Origin: an uncultured bacterium
GTDB lineage: Bacteria > Babelota > Babeliae > Babelales > Vermiphilaceae
Direction of reading: 5' to 3'
DNA length: 64,000 nt
Assembly: GCA_963702025.1 (NCBI GenBank)
Contig: OY969699.1
Span: forward strand, 1,184,001 to 1,248,000
The translations under genes were made by a program, and so were the position numbers. Under the pieces are notes generated by a model that was not told where the DNA came from, searched no databases, and saw only the letters and a list, made by a program, of their open reading frames with translations. This document shows, piece by piece, positions 21,503 through 32,118 of this stretch (position 1 is its first letter; each line of letters opens with the position of its first letter).

Positions 21503-22291
21503 TTAGCCTTTTGGAACCGGCTGTTGAAGTGCGTCAGAACCGCTTATTTTTGCGCGTTTTAGCATTTCTGCTTTATTATTTTTAAATGTTCGTTGATCAG
21601 CATCTGCTTGGATATATTCTCTTGCAGCCCCATCACTAAATACTGCTTGATAAATCTGATTACCTGGCTTGTTAGGATCTGGAGACGTACGTATTTCAAA
21701 GCCAATTACATTTGCCGGAAGAATTGTTTCTCTTCCCAAAAAGTTTTTTATTTTCTTAGCACCAACGCTCGCTAATACGGCACCTTCATGGAGTGGTACT
21801 AAATTATCATGTAACGTTACAATAACGTAATAGACGTCTCCGGTTCTCCATTCAGCAAATCTCCCACTGTTTCCACGAGGAACATCTGGGTGGAATGCAT
21901 TGGTTTCACCACGGTGTAAACGACCAAGAAGATCTTGTATTTGGGTTCCGAACACTTGGTTAGCCAATTTTAACGTTTCTGCAGTCAAATTAAGTCCGCC
22001 AGCAAATGCCATTGAAAATCCTACTGTTGGACCTGCAAGGATTACTCCTAGCGGCATACTTACACCCTTAGCTTTATCAAGAACGTCCACAATGGTATCT
22101 GGAACATGTAATGTAAGTGCGTATGCTTTATGCTGTTTCATCGCATCAGCGGCGCTATTTGCTTTATAGGCATAAATATCAACTGCTGGGAGCACACTAC
22201 CACTTCCATGGACAATCGCATACGCTTGCATTAAAGACCCGGTACATAAAAGCAGGGCCACGCTCATTATTTTTACAAAAGATGGCTTCAT
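21503..22291 (-). CDS. Exported hypothetical protein, tandem paralog 2
   Basis: 262 aa; C-terminal half nearly identical to 22378-23166. Confidence 0.85.
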   Translation of the reverse strand: MKPSFVKIMSVALLLCTGSLMQAYAIVHGSGSVLPAVDIYAYKANSAADAMKQHKAYALTLHVPDTIVDVLDKAKGVSMPLGVILAGPTVGFSMAFAGGLNLTAETLKLANQVFGTQIQDLLGRLHRGETNAFHPDVPRGNSGRFAEWRTGDVYYVIVTLHDNLVPLHEGAVLASVGAKKIKNFLGRETILPANVIGFEIRTSPDPNKPGNQIYQAVFSDGAAREYIQADADQRTFKNNKAEMLKRAKISGSDALQQPVPKG

Positions 22292-22377
22292 TTTTTCCTT
22301 TTTTGATTTAAAAATACTACTCGAGAAAAAGGCCCGTATTGCTACGAGCCTTCATAATTAAAGAAGCAGATTATATA

Positions 22378-23166
22378 TTAGCCTTTTGGAACTGGTTGTT
22401 CAAGTGCGTCAGAACCGCTTATTTTTGCGCGTTTTAGCATTTCTGCTTTATTATTTTTAAATGTTCGTTGATCAGCATCTGCTTGGATATATTCTCTTGC
22501 AGCCCCATCACTAAATACTGCTTGATAAATCTGATTACCTGGCTTGTTAGGATCTGGAGACGTACGTATTTCAAAGCCAATTACATTTGCCGGAAGAATT
22601 GTTTCTCTTCCCAAAAAGTTTTTTATTTTCTTAGCACCAACGCTTGCCAATACGGCACCTTCATGGAGTGGTACTAAATTATCATGTAACGTTACAATAA
22701 CGTAATAGACGTCTCCGGTTCTCCATTCAGCAAATCTCCCACTGTTTCCACGAGGAACATCTGGGTGGAATGCATTGGTTTCACCACGGTGTAAACGACC
22801 GAGAAGGCCTTGTATTTGGGTTCCAAACATTTTATTCGCTTCTATTAAGACCTTTGCGGTGATATCGAATCCTTGAGCAACGGCAACTGAAAATCCTTCA
22901 GTTGGACCGGCAAGAGCTGCCCCTATTGGCGCACTTACACCCTTTGCTACCTCTAACACGTCTGCGACTGCACCTGGAACACTTAATGTAAGTGCATAAG
23001 CTTTATGCTGCCTGATTGCATCCTTGGCATCTTTAGCTTTGTAGGCATAAATATCAACTGCAGGAAGCGCACTCCCGCTTCCATGAACAATAGCATACCC
23101 ATGTAATAATGGTCCGGCAAACAAGAGCAATCCAACGCTCCATGTTTTTAGAAATAATAACTTCAT
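22378..23166 (-). CDS. Exported hypothetical protein, tandem paralog 1
   Basis: 262 aa, AAGGAG RBS, signal peptide. Confidence 0.85.
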   Translation of the reverse strand: MKLLFLKTWSVGLLLFAGPLLHGYAIVHGSGSALPAVDIYAYKAKDAKDAIRQHKAYALTLSVPGAVADVLEVAKGVSAPIGAALAGPTEGFSVAVAQGFDITAKVLIEANKMFGTQIQGLLGRLHRGETNAFHPDVPRGNSGRFAEWRTGDVYYVIVTLHDNLVPLHEGAVLASVGAKKIKNFLGRETILPANVIGFEIRTSPDPNKPGNQIYQAVFSDGAAREYIQADADQRTFKNNKAEMLKRAKISGSDALEQPVPKG

Positions 23167-23251
23167 CGCAACTCCTTTTTAGAAAAATAGTATTACATTT
23201 GGCTCTATAAAAGACCTAGCATAGAGAAGCGTTTATTTGCAATATTTGAAT

Positions 23252-24481
23252 CTGAAGTTCGGACATAAATAGAAGAGACTCCTGTTCTGGTGTATTTTTA
23301 AAAAAAACAAAGAAACACCAAAAACAGGAGAATCATGATTGCCAAAAAAGATATCATAAAAATGATTAATTCGCTAAAAGTATTTAACATTCATGTTGCC
23401 GACTTCATCGGATCGATGATTTGGGGGTTCCAACAAGCAAAAAAGCTTAGAATTTCCAGCATTTCTGCTGCATCACCCGGCAAGTATGAATCTAACTATA
23501 AAAACATCACAAGATCTCTAAATAAATTAGAAGTTTCTCAGCTTTCAGAAGCTCTTTTGTCATTTCAGGACCAAGCGAGTGATATCCTATTGCTCGATTT
23601 TACTGAGATGACTCGAAAAAATGCTAAACGCACTGCTTATATTGGATATTTAAAAGATGGAGAAACACTTGGCTACAGCATATTGGCACTGAGTGTACCA
23701 TTCAAAGGAAGATCTAAAATAATATTTGCTGATGTAATATCTTCTTCAATCATTGCTGAGAGCGCAACTGGAAAGTGGAAGCTTATTCAAGAAGCTTTAC
23801 GCCCATTAATTCCTTTGCTTCAGAGTAAGATAATTGTCATTGATCGTGAACTTTGCAATGAGGAGATGATCAAGTTCTTTCATAAACATCAAATTCATTA
23901 TTCAATACGCTTAAAAATAAGTGCTGGAAAAAACCAAATTATTATTACTGACAAAAAAGGCAGCAGGATTAACATTTCTATTACTCGCGGCTCAAAGAAA
24001 AATTGGAAAGGGGTTTATTATAAAGGGAAAATCAAAGTAAATATTGCTGCTGAATGGCAAAGCAATATGCCTGAGCCAATGTATATAATTACAGATTGTC
24101 AGCCAAGTGAAGGTTTAAAATACTATAAAAAACGCATGAAAATAGAGGAAAGTTTCAAAGATATAAAAGATAAATTGGGCTTTACAAAAATCATGAATAA
24201 AACTTTAGGCAATCTCCTTAAAATGCTCCTCATTGGATTAATTGCCTACAATCTATTGATTTTGATAGGCGAAATGCTGCGATTACAAGTGCTCACGAAG
24301 CGCGAAAGGCTTAAGTTCAGCGGTTTGCATTTATTGCTTAATATGATTTATTCATATTCTCGATCCAAACTTCGGAAAGCACTACGTCAAGTTGAATTCC
24401 ATCTGCTTGAAAATAATTCAGATGATGTTGTTTGGTTAAGAGCCTTTAGGAATTGTTAAAATGAAATTGTCCGAACTTAAG
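23252..24481 (+). mobile_element. IS4-family insertion sequence, 1230 bp
   Basis: 14-bp terminal IRs CTGAAGTTCGGACA / TGTCCGAACTTAAG (1 mismatch); TTGAAT direct repeats at 23246-23251 and 24482-24487. Confidence 0.92.
23335..24459 (+). CDS. DDE transposase
   Basis: LLDFT, VIDRE and Y-x2-R-x3-E-x6-K (YKKRMKIEESFKDIK). Confidence 0.9.
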   Translation: MIAKKDIIKMINSLKVFNIHVADFIGSMIWGFQQAKKLRISSISAASPGKYESNYKNITRSLNKLEVSQLSEALLSFQDQASDILLLDFTEMTRKNAKRTAYIGYLKDGETLGYSILALSVPFKGRSKIIFADVISSSIIAESATGKWKLIQEALRPLIPLLQSKIIVIDRELCNEEMIKFFHKHQIHYSIRLKISAGKNQIIITDKKGSRINISITRGSKKNWKGVYYKGKIKVNIAAEWQSNMPEPMYIITDCQPSEGLKYYKKRMKIEESFKDIKDKLGFTKIMNKTLGNLLKMLLIGLIAYNLLILIGEMLRLQVLTKRERLKFSGLHLLLNMIYSYSRSKLRKALRQVEFHLLENNSDDVVWLRAFRNC

Positions 24482-24510
24482 TTGAATTTAAAAAGATGTT
24501 GAAAGAAATT

Positions 24511-25587
24511 TTAACGTTGAGAAATAAGGGCAGGATTTTTTTTGCGATCTTCACGCTCTTTGTTCATAAGCGCATCGATAATTTCATCCATTTCACCCTC
24601 CACGACCATATCAAGCTTTTTGAGGGTCACATCCACTTGGTGATCGGTCACGCGATTTTGCGGGAAATTGTAGGTACGCACTTTTTCAGCACGCTCCCCG
24701 GTGCCCACTTGTTCTTTACGTTGTTTGCGCATTTCGGCTTCAGATTTTTCCATCTGCGCCGCAAGTAAACGGGATTGCAAAAGCTTCATGGCTTTCGCTT
24801 TATTTTTATGCTGAGAACGCTCTTCTTGGCAGGCGACTACCACGCCGGTCGGAATATGCGTTACACGAACCGCAGAATCGGTGGTATTAACGTGTTGGCC
24901 ACCCGCACCGCTTGAACGATAGACATCAATGCGCAAATCTGCCGGATTAATGGTAACATCAACTTCTTCCGCTTCAGGCAAAACGGCAACCGTTACGGTT
25001 GATGTATGCACGCGGCCTTGCGTTTCGGTCGTTGGCACACGCTGCACGCGATGAACGCCGGATTCATATTTAAGGTGCCCATACACCCCTTTGCCTTGAA
25101 TGTGCAAAATTATTTCTCTATAGCCGCCAAGATCGGTAGTACTGACACTTTCCACGCTCACGCGCCAGTGATTTTTTTGCGCATAGGCAGTGTACATTTT
25201 TTGTAAATCTGCAACAAAGAGCGCAGCTTCTTGACCACCCGCGCCCGCACGAATTTCTAAGTATACTGAACGATCATTGCGCTCGTCGGGGGGAAACAAG
25301 ATATCATCCAATTCTTTTTGTTTAAGAGTAAGCTTGAGCTGAATTTCGAGCAATTCATCAGCAAACATTTGTGCAAGCTCAGCATCGGCCGTTTGGGCAG
25401 CATCTTTTTTTGCTTGCTCAATGCCCTGCTCAAGCGCAACAATTTGACGATGTTTTTCTAAAAGAAGAGTAAGGTTGGAAAATTCCCTTTGCAATTGCTG
25501 ACGCTTATTAACCTCCAAAGAAGGATTGGAAAGCTCGCCAGAAAGCTCATCGTATCTTTTTTGTAATGAATCCCAGGCTATTGCCAT
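24511..25587 (-). CDS. prfA: Peptide chain release factor 1
   Basis: [14 protein letters not shown] (PxT), RTYNFPQ. Confidence 0.96.
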   Translation of the reverse strand: MAIAWDSLQKRYDELSGELSNPSLEVNKRQQLQREFSNLTLLLEKHRQIVALEQGIEQAKKDAAQTADAELAQMFADELLEIQLKLTLKQKELDDILFPPDERNDRSVYLEIRAGAGGQEAALFVADLQKMYTAYAQKNHWRVSVESVSTTDLGGYREIILHIQGKGVYGHLKYESGVHRVQRVPTTETQGRVHTSTVTVAVLPEAEEVDVTINPADLRIDVYRSSGAGGQHVNTTDSAVRVTHIPTGVVVACQEERSQHKNKAKAMKLLQSRLLAAQMEKSEAEMRKQRKEQVGTGERAEKVRTYNFPQNRVTDHQVDVTLKKLDMVVEGEMDEIIDALMNKEREDRKKNPALISQR

Positions 25588-25936
25588 TTCGCGAATCCTT
25601 AGGCAGCCTTAGCGCCTTTTTTAGTTAATAATAGAGAAATTATCGCTCAAAAATGGGCTATTGTAAAGATTTCCCCTTCAGATAATACCTTCCGTTTTAT
25701 CGATACGAAAAACATACCTGTTTTCATATTTTGGCAATCCCAAACTACTTTTTTCAATCCTTTATCAAACTATTGCTTTCTCAATTGAAGCTAATTATAA
25801 TTACAATTAGTAATACTTTTTGCAAAGAATGTTTCTTTTTTTAGGATGCTATTTAAAGAACTATTTAACAAATATAAAAAAGAAAAAAATGAAAAAACAT
25901 CAGAATAATTTAATTAAAACCATAGGGGACCTAAAA

Positions 25937-26485
25937 ATGAAGCGATTATTATTACCTTTTATCTTATTCATATCTCATTCGAGTTATAGCGTTAATGAAA
26001 TGCCAGAAGCAAGGGATGCATTGTTTGCTGCAGCGGAGCAAGGAGTGATTCAAATGGTCATAACTCTTATTGACAAACAGCATATTGATCCAAATATAAA
26101 AACCGGATTTGGCGAAACACCTCTTATGAGGGCCGCAGATAAAGGGCATACCAACGTAATTCTTTTTCTTATAGAAAAAGGAGCTAGCCTTAACTTACAA
26201 ACCGCATCAGGGATTACTGCATTAATGATGGCAGTGGGTGAAGGCCACAAAGATGCTGCAATAATTCTCATGAAAGCCGGAGCTAATCCCAACATTCAAG
26301 CAAAAGATGGCTCAACAGCGCTAATGCGTGCCGCCCAAGAGAATAATATCGAACTGGCTAAGTTGCTCTTAGATAACAATGCCAACGCATCATTAAAAGA
26401 TACAAATTACAAAAATGCACTAGATTATGCAAAGGAGACCGGCAATAAAAAACTTATACAATTATTAGAAAACCGTAAGGAATAG
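25937..26485 (+). CDS. Exported ankyrin-repeat protein
   Basis: GETPLMRAA, GITALMMAV, GSTALMRAA; start at MKRLL. Confidence 0.9.
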   Translation: MKRLLLPFILFISHSSYSVNEMPEARDALFAAAEQGVIQMVITLIDKQHIDPNIKTGFGETPLMRAADKGHTNVILFLIEKGASLNLQTASGITALMMAVGEGHKDAAIILMKAGANPNIQAKDGSTALMRAAQENNIELAKLLLDNNANASLKDTNYKNALDYAKETGNKKLIQLLENRKE

Positions 26486-26521
26486 TGAACTGAATTCATA
26501 TTATTGCCATTTCGCGAATTC

Positions 26522-26731
26522 TTAGGCTTTAGCACCCTTTTTATAACGCTTTTGGAATTTTTCTATACGACCCGCAGAGTCAAGAAACTTTTGCGCGCCA
26601 GTATAAAATGGGTGACAATTTGAACAAATGGTTACATGAAGCTCAGGCGACGTTGAGCTGGTCACAAAAGCATTGCCACAGGCACAACGAGCAGTAATAT
26701 CATGTAATTCAGGATGTTTATTTTGTTTCAT
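26522..26731 (-). CDS. rpmE: 50S ribosomal protein L31 (Zn-binding type)
   Basis: HP..CACG...[10 protein letters not shown]...GRIEKF. Confidence 0.95.
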   Translation of the reverse strand: MKQNKHPELHDITARCACGNAFVTSSTSPELHVTICSNCHPFYTGAQKFLDSAGRIEKFQKRYKKGAKA

Positions 26732-26775
26732 AGTTTTTCCTCTCAAAATAGTATTTTCTTCAGATAATATAGGAA

Positions 26776-26804
26776 ATTATGCCCTAAAATTGAGTATTTG
26801 TAAA
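26776..26804 (-). promoter_or_regulatory. Sigma70-like promoter of rpmE
   Basis: TTTACA-17 nt-CATAAT; a similar TTTACA-17-GATAAT lies upstream of prfA (~25639-25667). Confidence 0.55.
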
Positions 26805-26853
26805 GACTTTCTCGATTATTTTATTTTCTTTTAGAAATAAAATAACGCTATAC

Positions 26854-27693
26854 CTAAGCTACTTTAGGTTCGTTATAGGAAATAAAATTAATTTCATCAG
26901 TAAAAGAAGAATCCGGATAGCGGGTACGAATAAGGGAAAGCATTTTTTGCTCAGCCTCAAAAATAGTGCCCACTTCATCGATCAACCCTAGTTCAACTGC
27001 TTCAGCGGACAAAAACTCTTTTCCTTCTGCCCAGAGTTTATAGGTATCTTTTGGAAGATTTCTGTCGTTCGCAACGAGGCTAATAAATTGTTCATACTGT
27101 TTATTAAGCATGCTTTTTATATAGTCCTTATCAGCTTCGCAAAGCGCTCGATAGGGATTATGCAGAGCCTTAAATTCACCGGCAAACAGCACTTCAACAT
27201 CCATTTGTGCTTTCACATCACCAGTGGTTTTTGGCTCTTTATATTTAACAATTTCATGATAAACACCTATATTGCCGATAGATGACATGCTATGAGCAAT
27301 AATATAATCTGTTGGGCTGGCAAGAATGTAACCACCCGAAAGCGCAGATCCGACAATAACACTAACAATAGGCTTAAGCTGGCCAACTTTTTTGATTGAA
27401 TCATGGAGGGTAGAAAATAGGGAAGATGAACCGCCATAACTATCAATAATAAGAACTATACCCTGAATGCCCTCATCTTTGGCAGCGTCGATAAGATTAT
27501 GCATTAATTTTTTTAGATCAGGCGACTCAACTATATAGATCATGGCAACATTGGCCTTGAAGACGCGATTTTCTTCCAAGCTGGGAGCTACTTGCTCGGG
27601 CTTTTTGCCAAAGAAATGGCGCAAATAATTCATGCCAAACACAGGTTGCCCAATACAAGAAAAGAGTATACAGAAAAGTAGAATTTTTTTCAT
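26854..27693 (-). CDS. S49 (SppA-like) peptidase
   Basis: IDSYGG, ALSGGY, IGNIGV, GEFK, GLIDEVG. Confidence 0.85.
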   Translation of the reverse strand: MKKILLFCILFSCIGQPVFGMNYLRHFFGKKPEQVAPSLEENRVFKANVAMIYIVESPDLKKLMHNLIDAAKDEGIQGIVLIIDSYGGSSSLFSTLHDSIKKVGQLKPIVSVIVGSALSGGYILASPTDYIIAHSMSSIGNIGVYHEIVKYKEPKTTGDVKAQMDVEVLFAGEFKALHNPYRALCEADKDYIKSMLNKQYEQFISLVANDRNLPKDTYKLWAEGKEFLSAEAVELGLIDEVGTIFEAEQKMLSLIRTRYPDSSFTDEINFISYNEPKVA

Positions 27694-27768
27694 AGAGAAT
27701 TCCTCCAAAATGAGCAATAAACCAGATATAGATAGAATATCGCATTGACCAAAAACTGCAATAGACCA

Positions 27769-28509
27769 CTACTTTTTTAATGCATTCGCATATTCTTCAA
27801 AAAGGGTTCCATAGGGTTTCCAGAAAACTTCGCCATCCTGCATATTTTTCTTAATTGCAGAATCAATAGTTTCATAGGCCTTTATTGCCGATTCCCTGTC
27901 ACCCGTCTGCTTAATGGCCATTTCACTAATTTTAGTATTGTAGCGCTCGCCCAAGTAGTGTGTCACCGCTCCTTGAATGCTTTTCATAAAAGCTAGATTA
28001 AATGCAAGAGTGATAACGTAGGCCAACAATGCTCTTTTCCACCATTTTTCACGCACTAAGCGAGTTTTGCCGAATGCAAAATAGAGAAGAACAGCAAGTA
28101 GGATTGACAGTAGAGAATAAATATACGGAATCGCTTTTATTGGAAAAGTAGTTAATCCCTCTTTCAAAAAAAGAATGCTCCGCATGAGTAAAAACTTTTG
28201 CTGCCCTTCGGGTAATGAAGGGAACCACTCATGATTAATGATTATAAAAGGGTTGGTTGTCTGCGGATTAATGCCATGGGCAATAAACTTATTCCAAGGA
28301 TTTACTTGAATTCCCGGTTTTTTAGGCACAGCCACTTCAAATGGCGCTTGGTAATCAAGCTCTTTTGCGACCTCTTCACTCTGAGCAACGAGCTGTTCGG
28401 GCGCCTGTTGCGCATAAATGTTTTCTATGAATTCAACGTTTTTTGCTTGTACGCAAAAAGAGGCAATGAGAGTAAGTGCTAAAAAAATATTTTTTTTGTT
28501 ATACAACAT
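27769..28509 (-). CDS. M48-like membrane protein lacking HExxH
   Basis: Aligns by eye with the upstream M48 gene; MRSIL in place of HELTH. Confidence 0.65.
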   Translation of the reverse strand: MLYNKKNIFLALTLIASFCVQAKNVEFIENIYAQQAPEQLVAQSEEVAKELDYQAPFEVAVPKKPGIQVNPWNKFIAHGINPQTTNPFIIINHEWFPSLPEGQQKFLLMRSILFLKEGLTTFPIKAIPYIYSLLSILLAVLLYFAFGKTRLVREKWWKRALLAYVITLAFNLAFMKSIQGAVTHYLGERYNTKISEMAIKQTGDRESAIKAYETIDSAIKKNMQDGEVFWKPYGTLFEEYANALKK

Positions 28510-29353
28510 GGTGATCCTTTTGTTGTGCTTGTAACTGAAGACAATAATTTTTTCGTTCAACGCAAGAAGGATGATCGGCAAACAATCCATAATATGAATT
28601 ATGTGATGGCATTTGATAATCAGACTGCCAGCGTTTTATGAGGGCGATAAATCCATCATGGCAATTGAGTGTAGTGAGCGCGCTATAATCTGCCACACGC
28701 TCATAATCCCGAAGATATTGTTTTTGAACAAGAGTTGCCCCTAACTCTGTTATGGCAAAAACCATGAATGTGATAACCGCGTAGATTGCAATTCTCTGTT
28801 TCTTTTCTGCAAACTTTCTCTTTATTCGCGGCGTTATATACCATCTGAAAAGAACCCAAAGAAAAATAAGCACTATTAATTGAACCATCATAATCCATAA
28901 ATTCAGATACTGCGTATGATGCTCTTTAATGTGCGTTAACTCGTGCCCAATAATGAAGCGCTGTTCTTGAAGGGTTAAATCTTCAAAAAAGCCTTCACTC
29001 ATAAAAAGAAGCGGCTGAGTGCCGGTAGGAATACAATTGAAAATAAGGGGAAAACAGGCAAAGGCATTGCAATACCCGAGCGTTAGCATAGCCGGTTGGC
29101 TCATTTTGCGAACCAAGAAATTTTCTTGAATGTTCATTTCCGCTGCAACGCTTCTGATAAATTCTTCTTGTTGAGCACTCACGGGCACCTCACCCAGAAT
29201 TTCCTGGGTAGTTCTGAGGGCATATGAATTGAGCTGATCAGCAATAAATGAGCGCTGATAGAAAAGAATACCGGCAACCAAAAATAGGCTCAAAATGAGA
29301 TACTTTGAGAAATGCTGAACGGTATACAATTTGATTGATGGCGTTGGGATCAT
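28499..29353 (-). CDS. M48 family zinc metallopeptidase
   Basis: NAFA, IGHELTH, YERVAD, DHPS..ER; start uncertain. Confidence 0.85.
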   Translation of the reverse strand: MIPTPSIKLYTVQHFSKYLILSLFLVAGILFYQRSFIADQLNSYALRTTQEILGEVPVSAQQEEFIRSVAAEMNIQENFLVRKMSQPAMLTLGYCNAFACFPLIFNCIPTGTQPLLFMSEGFFEDLTLQEQRFIIGHELTHIKEHHTQYLNLWIMMVQLIVLIFLWVLFRWYITPRIKRKFAEKKQRIAIYAVITFMVFAITELGATLVQKQYLRDYERVADYSALTTLNCHDGFIALIKRWQSDYQMPSHNSYYGLFADHPSCVERKNYCLQLQAQQKDHHVV

Positions 29354-29560
29354 TGCAATGAACTCCTGTGCATTTGTAATAGAAGCTATAGATAGTATAT
29401 CTGATAGCAAGAAATTTTCTATATTAAGATTAGCACTGATAATCCAAGAAAAGAATCCAAAAATAAGAATATACTTAACTTTTTTTATTTTTCTGTAAAA
29501 ATAGAAATTATCATAATTAATTTTTTTTAAAATAATCACAAAATCAATAGGTAGATCAGC

Positions 29561-30109
29561 ATGGAACCGCAACAAATTCTTAATGGCTTCAAGCAACTCT
29601 CAGCACAAATTAATGCGCTCAAAAAACCGGAACCTCAACCACACCGTTCATCTGATCTTAAAGATCTTTTTGCCGCGCTGGCCAAAGCACAAGCAGAAAT
29701 GCAAACTGCGGAGCTTTCGGCAGAAAATCCCTATTTTAAAAACCGTTATGCGGATTTGGCAGCAATCGTAAAAGCATCTCGGCCGGCACTCACCAATAAT
29801 GGACTTTCTATTGTGCAACAACTACTCACCGATGCCGAGGGGAATAACACCTTGCATACACTCTTAGGACATAATTCAGGCCAATGGATAGAGAGCCGCA
29901 TACGCATTGTGCCGCCCAAAAATGATGTGCAATCGATGGGCAGTTATATTACCTATTTGCGACGCTATTCAATCGCCGCACTGTGCGGCATTGTTGCCAG
30001 TGATGAAGATGATGATGGCCAACTTGCCATGCCACAGGATCGGGAACAATTTGCCAAGGCAGCGATTAATCGTTCGAATGTAGCCAAAGATAATAAGTCC
30101 AACAGCTAG
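29561..30109 (+). CDS. ERF-family ssDNA-annealing protein
   Basis: ALAKAQ, NPYFKNRYADL, GSYITYLRRYS...DEDDDG. Confidence 0.88.
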   Translation: MEPQQILNGFKQLSAQINALKKPEPQPHRSSDLKDLFAALAKAQAEMQTAELSAENPYFKNRYADLAAIVKASRPALTNNGLSIVQQLLTDAEGNNTLHTLLGHNSGQWIESRIRIVPPKNDVQSMGSYITYLRRYSIAALCGIVASDEDDDGQLAMPQDREQFAKAAINRSNVAKDNKSNS

Positions 30110-30118
30110 ACATTAAGA

Positions 30119-30194
30119 TCCTTCGACGAGCTCAGGACGAACGGTTAGGGAGTCCGTTCGTGGTGAGTGATGCCGAAGGCATCGTATCGAACCA
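30119..30194. repeat. Inverted pair of family A units
   Basis: TCCTTCGACGAGCTCAGGACGAACGG, 9-nt spacer, CCGTTCGTGGTGAGT-[GATGCC GAA GGCATC]-GTATCGAACCA. Confidence 0.85.
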
Positions 30195-30233
30195 TCTTAC
30201 AAGGCAAGCTTCGATGAATCAACCCTGCAAGGA

Positions 30234-31847
30234 TCAAAAGTCTGCATAAGAGACATTTTTTGCACGCAAATGAGCAAGATTTCCGGTAAGCCGCGCAAGA
30301 AAATCTTCATATTTTTTTTGTTCCGGCTTACACCATGCAGTCTCTGCAAGAGCCATTAATCGGGGGCATACCATATATTCAACCTGTTCAGATGTCGGCA
30401 TATATTCGGTCCAAACATTAGCCTGCACGCCCATAATATTTTTTGCTTCTTGCGCCGTCAATGCGGCAGGAATCGGTTCATAGTCATATACCAATTGCAA
30501 CGGTAAGTAACCACCAATCGCAAGCGGCTCGAGCGATGATTTACTTTGATAATAATCAAAATAAAGTGATTCGTTTGGCGTCATTATTACTTGATGATTC
30601 ATTTGAGCCGCATGAATGCCTCCTTCAATTCCCCGCCAAGACATTACCACAGCATTGGGAGCAACTCCGCCTTCTAATATTTCGTCCCACCCGATAATGG
30701 TTCGCCCATTTTTATTAAGATATTTTTCTATACGCCTAATAAAATAACTTTGTAGTTCATCTTCATCTACTAATCTTTCAGATGCTATACGCGTTTGGCA
30801 TTTTGCGCATGATGCCCACCGGGTCTTTGGCGCTTCATCGCCACCAATATGGATATATTTGCTCGGGAAAAGCGCCATTACTTCATCAAGAACATTTTCT
30901 AAAAAGATAAACACCTGATCATTGCCCGCACAATAAATATCCTCAAAAACGCCCCATTTAGTACCCGTTACATGTCTTGCATCACGGCAAGCAAACTCAG
31001 GAAACGCTGCCAACACTGCTGCCGAATGGCCCGGCATTTCAATTTCCGGTATTATGGTCACCTGCCGCTGGGCAGCATAGGCAACAATTTCTTTTATTTC
31101 TTCCTGAGTATAGTAACCGCCATAGGCTATGCCATCATACTTATGCGGACGTTCGTATAAATGTCCATGCAATGTTTGCTCACGATAAGCAGCCACCTGC
31201 TGCAGCTGAGGATATTTTTTTATTTCAATGCGCCATCCTTGATCGTCAGTTAAGTGCCAATGAAAAGTATTTAATTTATATGATGACAAAAGATCAATAT
31301 ATTTTTTTATAAATTCAACACTAAACATATGGCGCGCCACATCAAGATGTAATCCCCGATACGCAAATCGAGGTTCATCGTAGATTGTTACGCAGGGCAC
31401 AGAAATTGCGCCACTCTTAATTATCAAACCCCGTTCAGCTACCGGAGGCAACAGTTGCCGCAACGTTTGAAATGCCCAAAAAGCACCGATTGCACTACCT
31501 GCTTTAATATGAATTTTTTCGGGGGTAATGGAAAGTTCATATGCTTCAGGGTGTTTTATTGAGTCATCAATAACAATCTGAATAGATGCCATTTCTAAGC
31601 GGGAAGCTAAACAAATTTCACCAGTCGCCAGTGCCAAAAAGTCTGCAATAAAAAAAACCACTTTTTTAGTATCTTCTGTCCAGGGGCTAATCCAAATACT
31701 GGTTTTACTGGTGATTGAAAAAGTCCCGGAAGCAGGTAACAGGGTAACTGGCTTGGGAATAAGAGGATAGCGCTTTGCAAGATCATCTGCCTGCGCACAT
31801 ACTATTATCAATACACATAAACCTATCATCGACAAACTATTTTTCAT
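30234..31847 (-). CDS. Beta-N-acetylhexosaminidase (GH20), exported
   Basis: PRFAYRGLHLDVARH, HLTDDQGWR, HIGGDE. Confidence 0.93.
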   Translation of the reverse strand: MKNSLSMIGLCVLIIVCAQADDLAKRYPLIPKPVTLLPASGTFSITSKTSIWISPWTEDTKKVVFFIADFLALATGEICLASRLEMASIQIVIDDSIKHPEAYELSITPEKIHIKAGSAIGAFWAFQTLRQLLPPVAERGLIIKSGAISVPCVTIYDEPRFAYRGLHLDVARHMFSVEFIKKYIDLLSSYKLNTFHWHLTDDQGWRIEIKKYPQLQQVAAYREQTLHGHLYERPHKYDGIAYGGYYTQEEIKEIVAYAAQRQVTIIPEIEMPGHSAAVLAAFPEFACRDARHVTGTKWGVFEDIYCAGNDQVFIFLENVLDEVMALFPSKYIHIGGDEAPKTRWASCAKCQTRIASERLVDEDELQSYFIRRIEKYLNKNGRTIIGWDEILEGGVAPNAVVMSWRGIEGGIHAAQMNHQVIMTPNESLYFDYYQSKSSLEPLAIGGYLPLQLVYDYEPIPAALTAQEAKNIMGVQANVWTEYMPTSEQVEYMVCPRLMALAETAWCKPEQKKYEDFLARLTGNLAHLRAKNVSYADF

Positions 31848-32118
31848 ATTTTTACCATTCTTTTGACGATTATCATTAAAACAACATGCAGAACAGAATA
31901 TCACAAAAATAATTTTACGTGAAAACTTTACATCCCTGGCAAAATCATCCTGACATGCTACACTTGAACGGTAATATTAAGCCCATTTAAAGAAAATATG
32001 ACTAAAAAAATAAGGATCTTTTGTGGACCAAATACACCGTGCGAGCAGAACAACAAAATTACTCTATTTAGAAAATTTCAGTCCAATGCCGGCAACTTAA
32101 ACATTAGAAAATTCATTT

